Source of the DNA: Trypethelium eluteriae | Lineage: Eukaryota | DNA length: 64,000 nt | NCBI GenBank assembly: GCA_051942245.1 | Contig: JAVECL010000002.1 | Span: forward strand, 124,001 to 188,000 | Reading direction: 5' to 3' | Shown here: in pieces, positions 53,135-63,957 of the stretch | Numbering within the stretch: the stretch's first letter is position 1 | Layout of the letters: each line of letters begins with the position of its first letter | Translations under genes and position numbers: made by a program | The notes under the pieces: model-generated | The model's database searches: none | Told to the model about the DNA's origin: nothing | What the model saw: the letters and a program-made list of their open reading frames with translations, nothing else

Positions 53135-54442
53135 CTACAGTTTTGTTGGCCTCCCCTTCCCCGCCCCCATGAAGCCAAAGAGATAACCTGCCACTTTCCT
53201 CATCTGAATTTCCTCACTACCTTCCGTAATTCGGTACCTTCGGTGATGTCTCCAAATGTGCTCAAATGGCTTCTCTCGCCCGTATCCCATACCGCCATGA
53301 ACCTGGATAGCACGATCCGCAGCCTCCGTACAAAGTCTATTTGCCCAGTAGTTACACATCGATACCTTGTCCCCAAGCTGAGCCTCAACATCCACATGTG
53401 AGATGCGATCCATCTCAGATGCCGTTTTCCGGATTAGTAGCCGCAGCATCTCACACTGAGTGGCGAGTTCGACAAGTGGGAATTGGATAGCTTGATTCGT
53501 CGCTAATGGCTTTCCAAATGGCGCGCGGGAGACGGCGTATGTGATAGATTCATTTACACAGTAAATAGCCGCTCCTAGGGAGCTAGCAGCTTGTCGGATA
53601 CGGTTTTCGTGTACGAAAGCTTGAGCGACAGCGAGGCCAGAGTGAAGCGGACCAAGGACACAAGAAGATGGGACGAAAACATTACGTAGAGAGATAGTGG
53701 CATGATCAGTAGGCATATTGAGGGTCCATTGATAACTCTCGATGGTGAGACCAGGAGTATGCCTGGGTACAATAAGGCAGGTAATTCCTGTTAGGGAGCC
53801 GGAGGCACCAGATGTCCGGGCGAAGATGAAACAGTGGGTTGCTTTATGCATACCAGTCTGCCACTTTTTTGCACCGTTAATGAGCCAGCCGTTCACGCCA
53901 TCGCGAATTTCAGGAATAGCTTTGGTGTCCATGAAGGTTGCATCGCTGCCGTGGGAAGGTTCGGTGAGTCCGAATGTAATTCGTATCCTGCCTTCCAATC
54001 GACCCCAAATCAACTCCTCCCTCTGCTTTTCACTGCCGAAGTGGAGCAACATAACAATATCGGGGAAGTTTCCAACGATGCTGTGCTCATTCTGCAGATC
54101 ATTGAACAGCCCGAGACCCTTCGATGCCAAATGTTCCCGTATGACGCTCATCCAAAGGTTGCTTCCTCTTCCCTCAGACTCGTTTTGACCGCCATACCTC
54201 TTCGGCAATGAGAATCGCCAAAAGCCTGCCTGATCTGCTAGCCGTGTACATTCTTTAAGTAATTCCTCCCACTCTTCGCACGGAAGGCCACCAGCATCCC
54301 AATTTGTACGCGCATTTTCACGACGGTGGTCGAAGAAGCGCTCATTGTCATTCTTAGCTTGAAGAGGCCTAATCTCGCGGTCGATGAAGGTGTCGAGAGC
54401 ACCGAGGTATTGCAGGAGCTCTGGAGGAAGGTCGAAATTCAT
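53135..54442 (-). CDS. Acyl-CoA dehydrogenase, intronless, C-terminal -TKL
   Basis: FGLTEPSHGSDA, WLINGAKKW, R..FGKPLA.NQAIQF, AADRAIQVHGGMG, RRYRITEGSEEIQ; likely start MNFDLPPEL at 54442. Confidence 0.92.
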   Translation of the reverse strand: MNFDLPPELLQYLGALDTFIDREIRPLQAKNDNERFFDHRRENARTNWDAGGLPCEEWEELLKECTRLADQAGFWRFSLPKRYGGQNESEGRGSNLWMSVIREHLASKGLGLFNDLQNEHSIVGNFPDIVMLLHFGSEKQREELIWGRLEGRIRITFGLTEPSHGSDATFMDTKAIPEIRDGVNGWLINGAKKWQTGMHKATHCFIFARTSGASGSLTGITCLIVPRHTPGLTIESYQWTLNMPTDHATISLRNVFVPSSCVLGPLHSGLAVAQAFVHENRIRQAASSLGAAIYCVNESITYAVSRAPFGKPLATNQAIQFPLVELATQCEMLRLLIRKTASEMDRISHVDVEAQLGDKVSMCNYWANRLCTEAADRAIQVHGGMGYGREKPFEHIWRHHRRYRITEGSEEIQMRKVAGYLFGFMGAGKGRPTKL

Positions 54443-54732
54443 AGTAAGTAGTAAGAGTAGAGCGAAAGAGTGGAGGCTAAAGATTCGAGGATCGATCGAG
54501 GAATCGTTATGATCTTCTACCTTACCGATCGATACATGATGATTACACATCCTGAAAGGACGCTACGACACTGGTTCTACCAGTATGGTAGCAGCCATCT
54601 AGATATGCCGTAATTCCCGGCGTTTAGAATATCGGACCATATTGCTGTAGCGTGTGCGGGGTATGTGCCATAAGCTCGAGTGCTGCGGTGATGGTAAGGT
54701 AGCGCGGGCACGTAAAGTAAGATACCTCGAAG

Positions 54733-54738
54733 CCTCGG
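54733..54738. promoter_or_regulatory. Candidate FarA/FarB (CCTCGG) site upstream of the acyl-CoA dehydrogenase
   Basis: AGCCTCGGC about 290 bp upstream of ATG 54442. Confidence 0.4.
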
Positions 54739-56395
54739 CCGTGAGCGCGTCGAAGGCGGTGAGTGATTTCTACCTCTTCGTACGTACGGTACCTAAGTGA
54801 GGTACCAACCCACCAACCTCTTGTACTCTGTACCTCTCATCGCAATTCGTCTTCACAAGTTCCTGTAGCTCAGATAGTTAGCTCTTGGACCTATTCGGAA
54901 AACTCCCACAACGACCGTGCCTGAGCCAATTTTATCACTAGCCTAGCTTTGTGCTTGCATGGTGGAAAATCTGAAATCAGAACCTCTTACGCCTCCTCTC
55001 ACATGCGTGTTCGTCAACGTCTACCACTGCCAATCAGCTTCATCTTCTCAGATGGGTTGAAGAAATAAAAATCGTTGCAATGCAAAGGTGCTCGAATGTA
55101 CTAGTACAGCCATCTTTAGATCTGGATCCACATGTTTCCAATTTCCACACGAGAACAAGGTGTTGCAGCTTTATGCCATAGGCAACGAAGATGCTATGGA
55201 CGTGCCTTCTGGACCAAGTGATCGATCAGTGTATACTCTTTACTCCGAGACTAAGAGCCATGGACCCCACAAGCCAAGGATCTGGTATGGCGCAGAGCAC
55301 AGATAACGTGTGGACGACTAAGCGTCCAGAGTAGAGAAGGCTGCAAAAATGACTGGTTATACTCCCGCCCTGAGTCTGAGATGAGGTCTCATTGAATTTT
55401 CTGAACTCAGCAATAATCATGATACGATTTTAGCAACGATGAAAGCGTTTACACGACATTGATTTGCGGTTGACTCAACGTCCTCCTCAAAATCCTTCCC
55501 ACGAGTTTTTGAGTCCAATCGAATAGCGAATCTTTCTCTTGTAGGGACTTTGATTGTCCCTGAAAGAATGCAACATATATCTCATACGAATGGGCATTTG
55601 ATGAATCGTCGCTCTATTCCATGGACCAGCAAAAGGCGTCATAGCGGTACATTATGCGACTGATCTGTCCGACGAGCTGAATCATGGACTCTGTCACGTT
55701 TTCCACTATGACCATCATTGTCCACACGGATGAGGTCCCACCGCAAATCCTCTGGAGTATATGACACTGTCAAGCACTGAGTCGCCATGGACATGTCTTC
55801 CATAGCCTTGTCTTTCAATCATAGGCTCGCTCCTCCTTACCTACTAATGCGGCGTTGCGGATTCTAGCTGGTCAAGGAGGTCGGAGTAGTGTCTGAAGAT
55901 TGTATCTCTCCAGGTGGGTAAGAGTCCGAAAGTATCTGAAGGTAGCATGATAATGTTCCGAGATCCATGTTCGGCTGTTCAAAATGCCAGTCTGCGTGCC
56001 AACGTAGTGCATCCAAAGAGTGGGTACGAACCCACTTCTCACCCCATCCACCTTCCAAGTGAATTTTCTATATGCAGATCATATAGAGCACGCGACACTT
56101 TTCGCTGGCCAAAACAAGAACTCTGAAGTCATGCTCACTTTACTTCTCAGCATCCAAGGTATGAGTGCAGTTTCCGCTAGTCCTCCTAGCACAACTGGCA
56201 CCGCTAGGGGAAGTCTCTTGGTGACTGGCGTAGTCTATCTTCAAAATTCCTCGCACGACTACCTCGATCAGGGCGGAGCACTAGAGAAGTGCCATTGCAA
56301 ATTACGCTGCTACGCGGAAAGGATATTTACACAAGAAGTTCGATACCGACACTGTAAACGAACCTCATAGCTACAACGTTCCCGGACGTTACGAG

Positions 56396-57811
56396 ATGGC
56401 TTCTGCGAACCACCGGCGCGCGCACTCGCATAATGTACCTCCATCGCTACCCATAGAATGGTGTCACCGGAGCGGTGTCAATGAAAGGAATCGCACTCGA
56501 GCTTACCAAGCGCCGCCATATTCAACTTCAGACCAACGTCAACCCTACGATCGACCAAGGATTACAACTGACCAGAGACCTTCCCAGTTCGACTTACCCT
56601 ATGACGAATATCTGCTGCCAAATTCCTTTGAACGTAAAAAACCAAACTTTGCCAACACTCAAAGAATTGGCTTCGATCAACATCGACGTGGAGGAGTCAA
56701 CCACGAGAACGGCAAGGAAGACGCCAATTACAAGCTAAATAAGAGCATTCGCAAAGATCCCGACCCACCTGCATCAAAAGATCGAGTGACGCACGGTGCC
56801 ATCCATAGTCGTCAAGAGCAAAACCCTATTGAAGACTGGCTTCTCAACTCCTCCCATATCGATGATACTCGAAGCACTAGTACCGAAACCGTTGTGGATG
56901 ACAAAGCCTTGCGACCAAGTCAGAGCTATTTCCGGAGCCCTCAACATAGAGGCCATCGGGGTCAATCAGCGCAAGGATACACAAGAGGCGGTAAGGACCT
57001 GCATTGGCTGAATAGCTATCTTCCTGCGCACTCGAATACCAGCACTGAGACAGTCGTAGCTGATAATAGGTTTCGAAATGTTAAGGATTACGACCCAAGT
57101 AGCTACAAGGAGCGCGGCTGGAAGATTCAGAATGCAGAGAACAGAATTCCACAAGAACGGGCTGTTAGATCTCAACAGGCGGCCATCAGAGTCCAGCAAG
57201 GGAATACCAACAGGATTCGAGAAGAGGCAAGAAACAAGGCCCTACACGATGAAGACTTCTCTGCATTTCTTCGCGAAGAATTCCAGAAAGTACCAGAAAG
57301 AATGAAAGGGGCAAACAAGAAATGGCCAGGTCTGGACTATGGCCAAGCAATCGGCAAGGCGTTTCTTAGCGAATCCTCCTTCTCATTCACGGGTCCAGGT
57401 CCATCTCGAACCGCTGAGGACGTACCACACCCTTCTTATCGAGATGCCAAGCATCGCCGTTTTAAAAGCACAGGACTCGAGGCAACAAACGATAGTTCAC
57501 CCAAGCCGGGCGGAGCAAGCCACTGGGCCTACTCTGGCCTCCCTATCAACCGGTCGCTGCGTAATCCCATTGGCGTATTTCTGGACCAGGTGACAAGAAA
57601 GCATCTGCTTTCCGCCAAGAAGACTGATGAACGTGACACCTCGGAGAATTTGGCCCGAATTGGGGATCTCATGGAATATAAAGCGTGCGGGAGTCGCGGA
57701 TCCCGTCCACCAAGCCCGGACTGGATTAAGGAATATGCGAAGGCGAGGCTTGAGCCGGAGCAAAACGCATTGTCACACTATGAGAAGCTGGAGAAGGGGC
57801 TTGGGAAGTAA
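56396..57811 (+). CDS. Hypothetical hydrophilic, probably disordered protein with an internal duplication
   Basis: 471-aa ATG-started open frame with no recognisable domain; repeated WL(L)NS...TSTETVV.D motif. Confidence 0.55.
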   Translation: MASANHRRAHSHNVPPSLPIEWCHRSGVNERNRTRAYQAPPYSTSDQRQPYDRPRITTDQRPSQFDLPYDEYLLPNSFERKKPNFANTQRIGFDQHRRGGVNHENGKEDANYKLNKSIRKDPDPPASKDRVTHGAIHSRQEQNPIEDWLLNSSHIDDTRSTSTETVVDDKALRPSQSYFRSPQHRGHRGQSAQGYTRGGKDLHWLNSYLPAHSNTSTETVVADNRFRNVKDYDPSSYKERGWKIQNAENRIPQERAVRSQQAAIRVQQGNTNRIREEARNKALHDEDFSAFLREEFQKVPERMKGANKKWPGLDYGQAIGKAFLSESSFSFTGPGPSRTAEDVPHPSYRDAKHRRFKSTGLEATNDSSPKPGGASHWAYSGLPINRSLRNPIGVFLDQVTRKHLLSAKKTDERDTSENLARIGDLMEYKACGSRGSRPPSPDWIKEYAKARLEPEQNALSHYEKLEKGLGK

Positions 57812-58011
57812 TGGTCTGAAGGTTCTTAGCGCCATGTTCGAGTTAGTCATGACGATCAGAGGGCCGATCTGAAAGGGCTGGAGCTTTGTCACTATCTGAC
57901 ATAGGTTTTTGGGCAGTTAAGAAACTCTATCTGGATTGCGGATCTAATAATTTGGCACAGGCGCCAAGATAAATGAGTGGTGTAGCCGATCAGACTCTTC
58001 TTACTGAAATA

Positions 58012-58858
58012 TTAAGTATGATAGACGGGTGTCCCCCGAGACCAATCTAACTGCCGCTTGCAATACCACGTATCCGATGGGTTTCCCCCAATCCCGCAGA
58101 TATCTCCAAGCCCAGTGTCCTGCTCTAAGGATGTGTACAAGCTAAAGCCGTGCTGTTCGAGACATTCCAACAATATCAGCAAGAGCTCGCGTGCCTTGAC
58201 CGTGTTCAAGCCAACCACGAGCTAGGGACAACCTTTGAACTGAATCCCGAATACCGTGTCCTCTGCTCGGGCTCGGTGTCTCTGCACTCGCTCGCCATAT
58301 GCCTGAACCAGTGCGGCCTGTAGCTCGTCCGGAGCATCGATTAGATAAAGGAAATCATCGCCCATGAAACTGATGCAGATCCAGCGATAGAGCTGTGGAG
58401 CCGGATTCTGACATCGAAGAAATAGCGTGTCTTTACCAGCGCCTTTGGGGTAAATATTTACGGCTGTATTGAGGACCCAACCCGAGTCAAAAAGGCCAGA
58501 CAGGAGGCCGCACATGAACCGACGAGACTGAGACTTGAACCTAGACTCCATAATGTAATCCCAGGGGTGGTTCTTGAGTTTCAGCTCGAACGATGAACCG
58601 TAGACACGCTCACCCTGAACGCCTTTTGGCCAGGCGGATTTGACGAGATCCTGTCTACGAGAGTGACAGTCGTGAGGAAAGTTCATTAATCGAATCCGAT
58701 TTGACATGTGCATTGAGAGGCAGGCAAATTGGGTATGAAATACTGAAGACGAGCTTTCGCCGCCCGCTAGTTGTGTTGCTGCATCCTGGTATAGCGGTGG
58801 AGAGGGAAGTTTTTGTAGGTCTTGTGAGTTCGGCTGGGGTGCCTGTCTTCTCTGCCAT
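58012..58858 (-). pseudogene. Disrupted copy of a fungal hypothetical-protein gene (in-frame stop, probable 5' frameshift)
   Basis: One frame reads FACLSMHMSNRIRLMNFP..AWPKGVQ..FELKLKNHPW ... GIQFKGCP*LVVGLNTVKARELLL, with TAG at 58224-58222 where the first repeat has W. The upstream ATG (MAEKTG, 58858) is out of frame with PPLYQ...FACLS. Confidence 0.6.
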
Positions 58859-59385
58859 GCTTCTTGTGCTTGATGAGAGAGCCAAAGATCTCAGACTTCG
58901 GGTAATTTTTCAGAATAGCAGACGAACACTAGGAGATGCGTGTATTGTTTCTGGATGATAACAACCATGTCTTCCTAATTACTACCGACAGAGATGTGGA
59001 AAGTCCTACCGTATCGCACTGAGAATGTGCGGACCGCGAGTAATGCCGATCTTCAAGCTCAGGCAGTCCATATAGATGTTCGCGCCTTACAAGACCAATA
59101 ATCGCGGATTGGACGTTTTTACGTTGGGTGGCTCTGAAGTCGAAAGATGCAGCCGCAAGGTTGATCGGAGATCATCAATTCGCGCACAACTCGGAACATT
59201 TTGTTGTCGGCGCCCCACTCTCCACTCCATGATGGGAATACTATTTGACGTTGGCTCCAAGAACGGTCCACTGCTCTTTGATCGAAACAAAGGAAATGCA
59301 ATGATGATATCTTGCTGAAGACACTAGCATTCAACACTTGACGTGCTGTGTTTGCTTGGGAATCGAAAAGGACCCCTTACCAAGA

Positions 59386-60510
59386 ATGACATCCACTCGC
59401 TCCTTCCAACTCATTTTTCTCGGGGATGTCATGCTGGGAAGACTCATTGATCAATGCTTTCCAACTCACGTCCACGAGCTATCAGAAGGCAGAATTGTTG
59501 AACAGCTTAAACAGTCAGATGCTGCATTACGTTCCTACGGCTTGGCTTCGCCTTGGGGTGATACCTTACCTCTACTGCGTTCGGCCGATCTAAGGCTGAT
59601 CAATCTGGAGACCTCAGCGACATGTCATTCCATCAAGTGGCCAAATAAGGTATTCAATTATCGGATGCACCCGGCGAATATCGAGGCCTTGAAAGTCGCT
59701 AGGATCGACTACGCTAGTCTGGCAAACAACCATACTCTGGATTTCGGTGAAGCAGGTCTTGCCGAGACTGTCAAAACCCTGAGATCTGCCGGCATTCACT
59801 CAGCTGGGGCTGGTTTGACACGTGAAGAAGCACAAGGACCAGCCAAAGTCCCCATTGAAGCAAATTCGCGTGACGGTGACCAAGATCATACAATTGACGT
59901 CTTTTCCGCATCCGATCACCCTCAAGATTGGGCTCGCGTACCGAATTTCCATTTCATAGACTATTCTTCCGCAACGAAGAGTCATTTGCATAGAATCATC
60001 AATCAAAGTAATAAGATCTCAAAATCATCGCTTAAGATATTCAGTATCCATTGGGGTCCCAATTATTCCTGGAAACCCTCTGAAGAAATACGAGACTTGG
60101 CTCATTTTCTCATCGACGAATGTGAAATTGATATTGTTCATGGTCATTCTTCACATCATGTGCAAGGGGTTGAGCAATACAAGCCTGGCAAGATCATCAT
60201 ATATGGGTGTGGCGACTTCGTTGATGATTACGCTTTGACTTCGGGCTATCGCAACGACTTGAGCGCCGTTTGGAGAATCACGGTGAATGACATGAAGCAA
60301 GCACCTGACAAGCACGATCTTGTCCCGACAAAGTTGGAAGTATTCCCATCACGAATCAAGGATTTCCAAGTCCAGCTATTGAATAAGAAAGACAACGACC
60401 ATCGGTGGGTATGTGACAAGATACGGACGCTCAGTCAAGACTTGGGTTCAACAAGTTCCGCATTTTTAGGGGAAGAAGGTCAGCTAGTATTTGAACTGTA
60501 CGATAAGTAA
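59386..60510 (+). CDS. CapA / poly-gamma-glutamate biosynthesis-family metallophosphoesterase, intronless
   Basis: GDVMLGR, INLETS, LANNHTLDFG, SIHWG, HGHSSHHVQG, YGCGDFVDDY. Confidence 0.88.
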   Translation: MTSTRSFQLIFLGDVMLGRLIDQCFPTHVHELSEGRIVEQLKQSDAALRSYGLASPWGDTLPLLRSADLRLINLETSATCHSIKWPNKVFNYRMHPANIEALKVARIDYASLANNHTLDFGEAGLAETVKTLRSAGIHSAGAGLTREEAQGPAKVPIEANSRDGDQDHTIDVFSASDHPQDWARVPNFHFIDYSSATKSHLHRIINQSNKISKSSLKIFSIHWGPNYSWKPSEEIRDLAHFLIDECEIDIVHGHSSHHVQGVEQYKPGKIIIYGCGDFVDDYALTSGYRNDLSAVWRITVNDMKQAPDKHDLVPTKLEVFPSRIKDFQVQLLNKKDNDHRWVCDKIRTLSQDLGSTSSAFLGEEGQLVFELYDK

Positions 60511-60921
60511 AGGCGAATTCTTTCTTGCTCCATACTGTCCTTGTAATTGTACATGTGATGTGGAGAGACGATTATCCCCTGGTCATGTACTAGCTCCGAT
60601 TGGCTGCGATCTTCTTTGTCCTATTGAATGTGTTTCACCAACTCAGTAATACTAACAATCAATCACTGCTCTACGGCATAGAATCGGTACCTTGATATTG
60701 CGTGAGAGCCAGGCTTTCATGCTTCCTGGCATCCTCGCTTCCGGCTTGCAGACTTTGAGCGCAGCGTGGAGGCCCTCTCCCCTCATATTTTTTACGCACT
60801 CGCAAGCCTTTTCTCATATGTTTCTTCCCGAGAAACATAATTAGTTCATCCGAATCCTCAGCTCAACTATCAGTCCGAGCCCAGTAAGCAGGCTTACAGC
60901 GGCTCAAAGAAATCGCGCAAT

Positions 60922-61739
60922 ATGACTTTCTTTTTTGAATTGGGCCACGCTTTGAAGAAGAAGCGCAAAGATGGCTCATCACCCTTCATGCCCGCACCAT
61001 GGCCGTATTTTGGGCCTGAGGCGATGGTGGGAGGTGCTTACGGAATAGGAAGAGGCGGTCATCCATCCGGAAGAGGCGGTCACTCATTAGGAAGAGGTGG
61101 ACATGAATATACTCACGACGTTCATCCTGGTAAGCTTTTAGACTTGCACATCTTCGAAATTGTTGCTGATTTTTGATAGCCGTCAAAGAGGGTATGCTGA
61201 TAGCAGCACAAGCCGGTGATCCAAGAGCAATCACTTTTGCTCAAAGACGTGGCTGGCTTGGCCCGGAGGACGGAGGCCCCTCTACTGATCCAAGGGAAGG
61301 GTTTGGAGGTCCTAATCGCGGAGGGTTGGGTGGAGTCTTTGCTGGCCGTGGTAATCATGGAGGTCATCACGGAGACCATCATGGAGGAGATCACGGACAC
61401 CCTTCTGAACCTCATGACTGGTCGCAGCAGCATCATCATGACGCTCTGACAGGCGGTTTCGGGCCTCCAAGCTTGGGACCAGGGGCTGAAGAAGATGGGG
61501 AGCCCCCACCGTACGGAGCAGAGCATGGGGTCGGTGGACTTGGCTCTCCAGGAATGAGAGGTGGCCGCGGTCGTGGGTTTACAGGCCGTGGTACAGGTCA
61601 CCCCATGCATCCTATAATGGATAATTCTGGAATTGGTCACTACCCTCTCATGTCACAGCGTGGGGGCCATGGACACGGCCGTGGGCGAGGCCACAGTCGT
61701 TGTCGGAGCCATGCTCCTTTTGCACCAAACGGCTGGTAG
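60922..61739 (+). CDS. Gly/His/Arg-rich low-complexity protein, 2 exons
   Basis: Intron 61130-61179 (GTAAGC..GCTGAT..TAG) joins two ORFs in frame; GRGGH repeats, HGGHHGDHHGGDH, PPPY and RGGRGRG. Confidence 0.65.
61048..61104 (+). repeat. 21-bp coding tandem repeat (~2.7 copies) encoding GRGGH
   Basis: GGAAGAGG(C/T)GG units start at 61048, 61069 and 61090. Confidence 0.85.
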
Positions 61740-62312
61740 GCTTTTTGATGCTACCAATAATAATTGAGGCTGTACGTAAAGTCATCATGGTGTGCACATA
61801 CCTAGCCGTAGCTTGGTATACTCAAGGCCTTCAATATATTCATCATCACTACTTGTTCCGACTCCACTTATCTTTGGTAGCTTATGTGTACCATGTATCA
61901 TCACAGTAGCGTCTCAATATATTAGGCATGGCTTAGCTACCTTATATATCTCCGTTCTGGTTCCATGTAAACCAGTTCCCAGTGCCGTAGACCGCAATTG
62001 TCCATCTATCAAAAGGCCGCAAACCATATGCATAAACATTTGGTCTTCATGGATTAAAATCAAACTTCAGATATTCTATCGATGGTTTATTAGGACGGCA
62101 TTGGACTTCTCAAGATCAAATGCTCTCTCAGAGTGCAGATAAGATGTACATAACCATGACCATGGAGCGATGATAGAATGCGCGATGACATAAAGAATGT
62201 AAATATGAAAGATTTCGATACCCAATTGTGGAAACTGAGCGACCGACCTCATTTCAGATAATACAGTCCGGAAAGTGGTATTCTCAAGTGGTATATACAG
62301 AACCGCTTTTTC

Positions 62313-63734
62313 CTAGTTTTCTCCACGGTATGGTTTTCCATAAATGTTTTTATATATAGTTGGAAGTGTCACGGTGGTATAAACGCCTTGAAGCGAGCGT
62401 TCAAATGTTTGTCTATCATTTGCCGTGTCAAGCAGCGTCTTGCGAACATCTTTTGAAGCGAGTAGTGAAGATTGATTCGAGGCTTCTCGGGTAGTGAAAA
62501 CTTCGTAGAAGAGATCTCTGTCCGCCATCGGACCAGCATAGTTCTCATGGAACAACCAGGGATAGACACACAAAGATTGTAGCGGGGCGACAGTACCGGG
62601 GAAGTCAATGATTCCCGTGATGTTGTACTCATCATCGACCTGTTGCGGATAAGTCAATACAGACACAACGATGAAGTCTATCCTAACCTTAGATACGGCT
62701 TGAGGTATGACATCATTTTGATGATATATTGGAAAGATAACCTACAAGTATATTTTGTACCGTCAAGTCGTTATGGAACAGCACGAACGGACCGTATTCG
62801 TACTCAGCAATCCGCAATCTTGATCTCATCTTATCAAGAGTTTCGAAATCCTCAATCGTCTCTTCACGACACACTTTCTCCGGATCAATCGGAACATGCG
62901 CCTTACCAAGCAGACAACTTGCATGATATAGGTCAGAAACAGTGGAGAATGGACCACGATACTTTGGTTCTAGGCTCTTGAAAGCTGCCGTTCTTTCCTT
63001 CGGGAAAGCAGTGGTATTGGGGTCAACATATTCTGTCACAAAGAAGCTACCGCTCGAGTTCTCACGCAAGGATCCGATCTTGTCGAATGTCAACGAGGCT
63101 TGTATTCCCAACATATCAGTCTCTGGTCAGTCAGATAGGGCTTCAGCACATGCCTAGATCAATGATTATATCCGTTAATTGTTCATGGACTTTTCTGACA
63201 ATGCGAAGGTCATCTAAGCTCCAGTCGCTATCGTCATCGTCGTCGTCTGGCTCTAAGGTCTGCAATTCGTGCCCGGGAAGTCGTTCCATCAATAGAAACG
63301 TAGTATCTGTTGTATTCTTTGGATTCGACTTGAGAGCATGGTGATAAACTGTTGGAACAGGAATGCTAGAATGCTGTTTGACGTATTTTAGAATAGCAAC
63401 ATAAGAAAGTGTACACTCGTCCGGTTGAAAACAATGATCTGGAAGGGGTATTCGCGCAAGCCACACAATGCCATCAGAGAACTCTAGCTCTTGAACAACA
63501 TTGAACCCTATAGTGTGGAAAAAAATAAGCGCGCCAAATTTCATGAGCATGATAAAATGGGGTCTCGGAAATCTCACCTCCGATGGTATGCTTTCCCGGG
63601 TGACATTCCAATCCAGCTCTGCAAGCTGCAGCAACTTTACAGAACTGGTCCAGCCTGAGGCATGCTACAAAATCTTGCGCCGCAGGATCAACATGTGGTT
63701 GATCAAGACATTGTGGGTTTTGAGGCTCCCCCAT
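62313..63734 (-). CDS. Aminoglycoside-phosphotransferase-like (APH/choline-kinase fold) protein, 4 exons
   Basis: GGFNVVQELEFSDGIVWLARIP, IPVPTVY, FLLMERLPG, LTFDKIGSL, and catalytic HNDLTVQNIL|VDDEYNITGIIDF. Confidence 0.85.
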
Positions 63735-63842
63735 TTTGTCTTTGCAAAGAATGTTTTTGGTGATGGAAATGATGAGGCACGCATGTCTGTGCGGGGATGA
63801 ACGGCACAGTTAGCGTGGAATTAGAGTGGCGAAACTGACTGG

Positions 63843-63957
63843 CCCTAACCTATATGGGGCGAAGGACTCTTATAAGGGTCCTTTGCTTTTGTTAGCAAAA
63901 TAGGGTTAGGGTTAACACGACAGGGGGTAGGGTCCTTTGGTAGGGTCCTTTGCTTTT
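63843..63957. repeat. Telomere-like and short direct/inverted repeat patch
   Basis: CCCTAACCTA (63843) and TAGGGTTAGGGTTA (63901); AGGGTCCTTTG x3 (63875, 63929, 63942); 22-bp near-palindrome at 63862-63883. Confidence 0.7.

Noticed and set aside
54788..54806. GGTACCT-AAGTG-AGGTACC hairpin
   Set aside because: A 7-bp stem is expected by chance in 64 kb.
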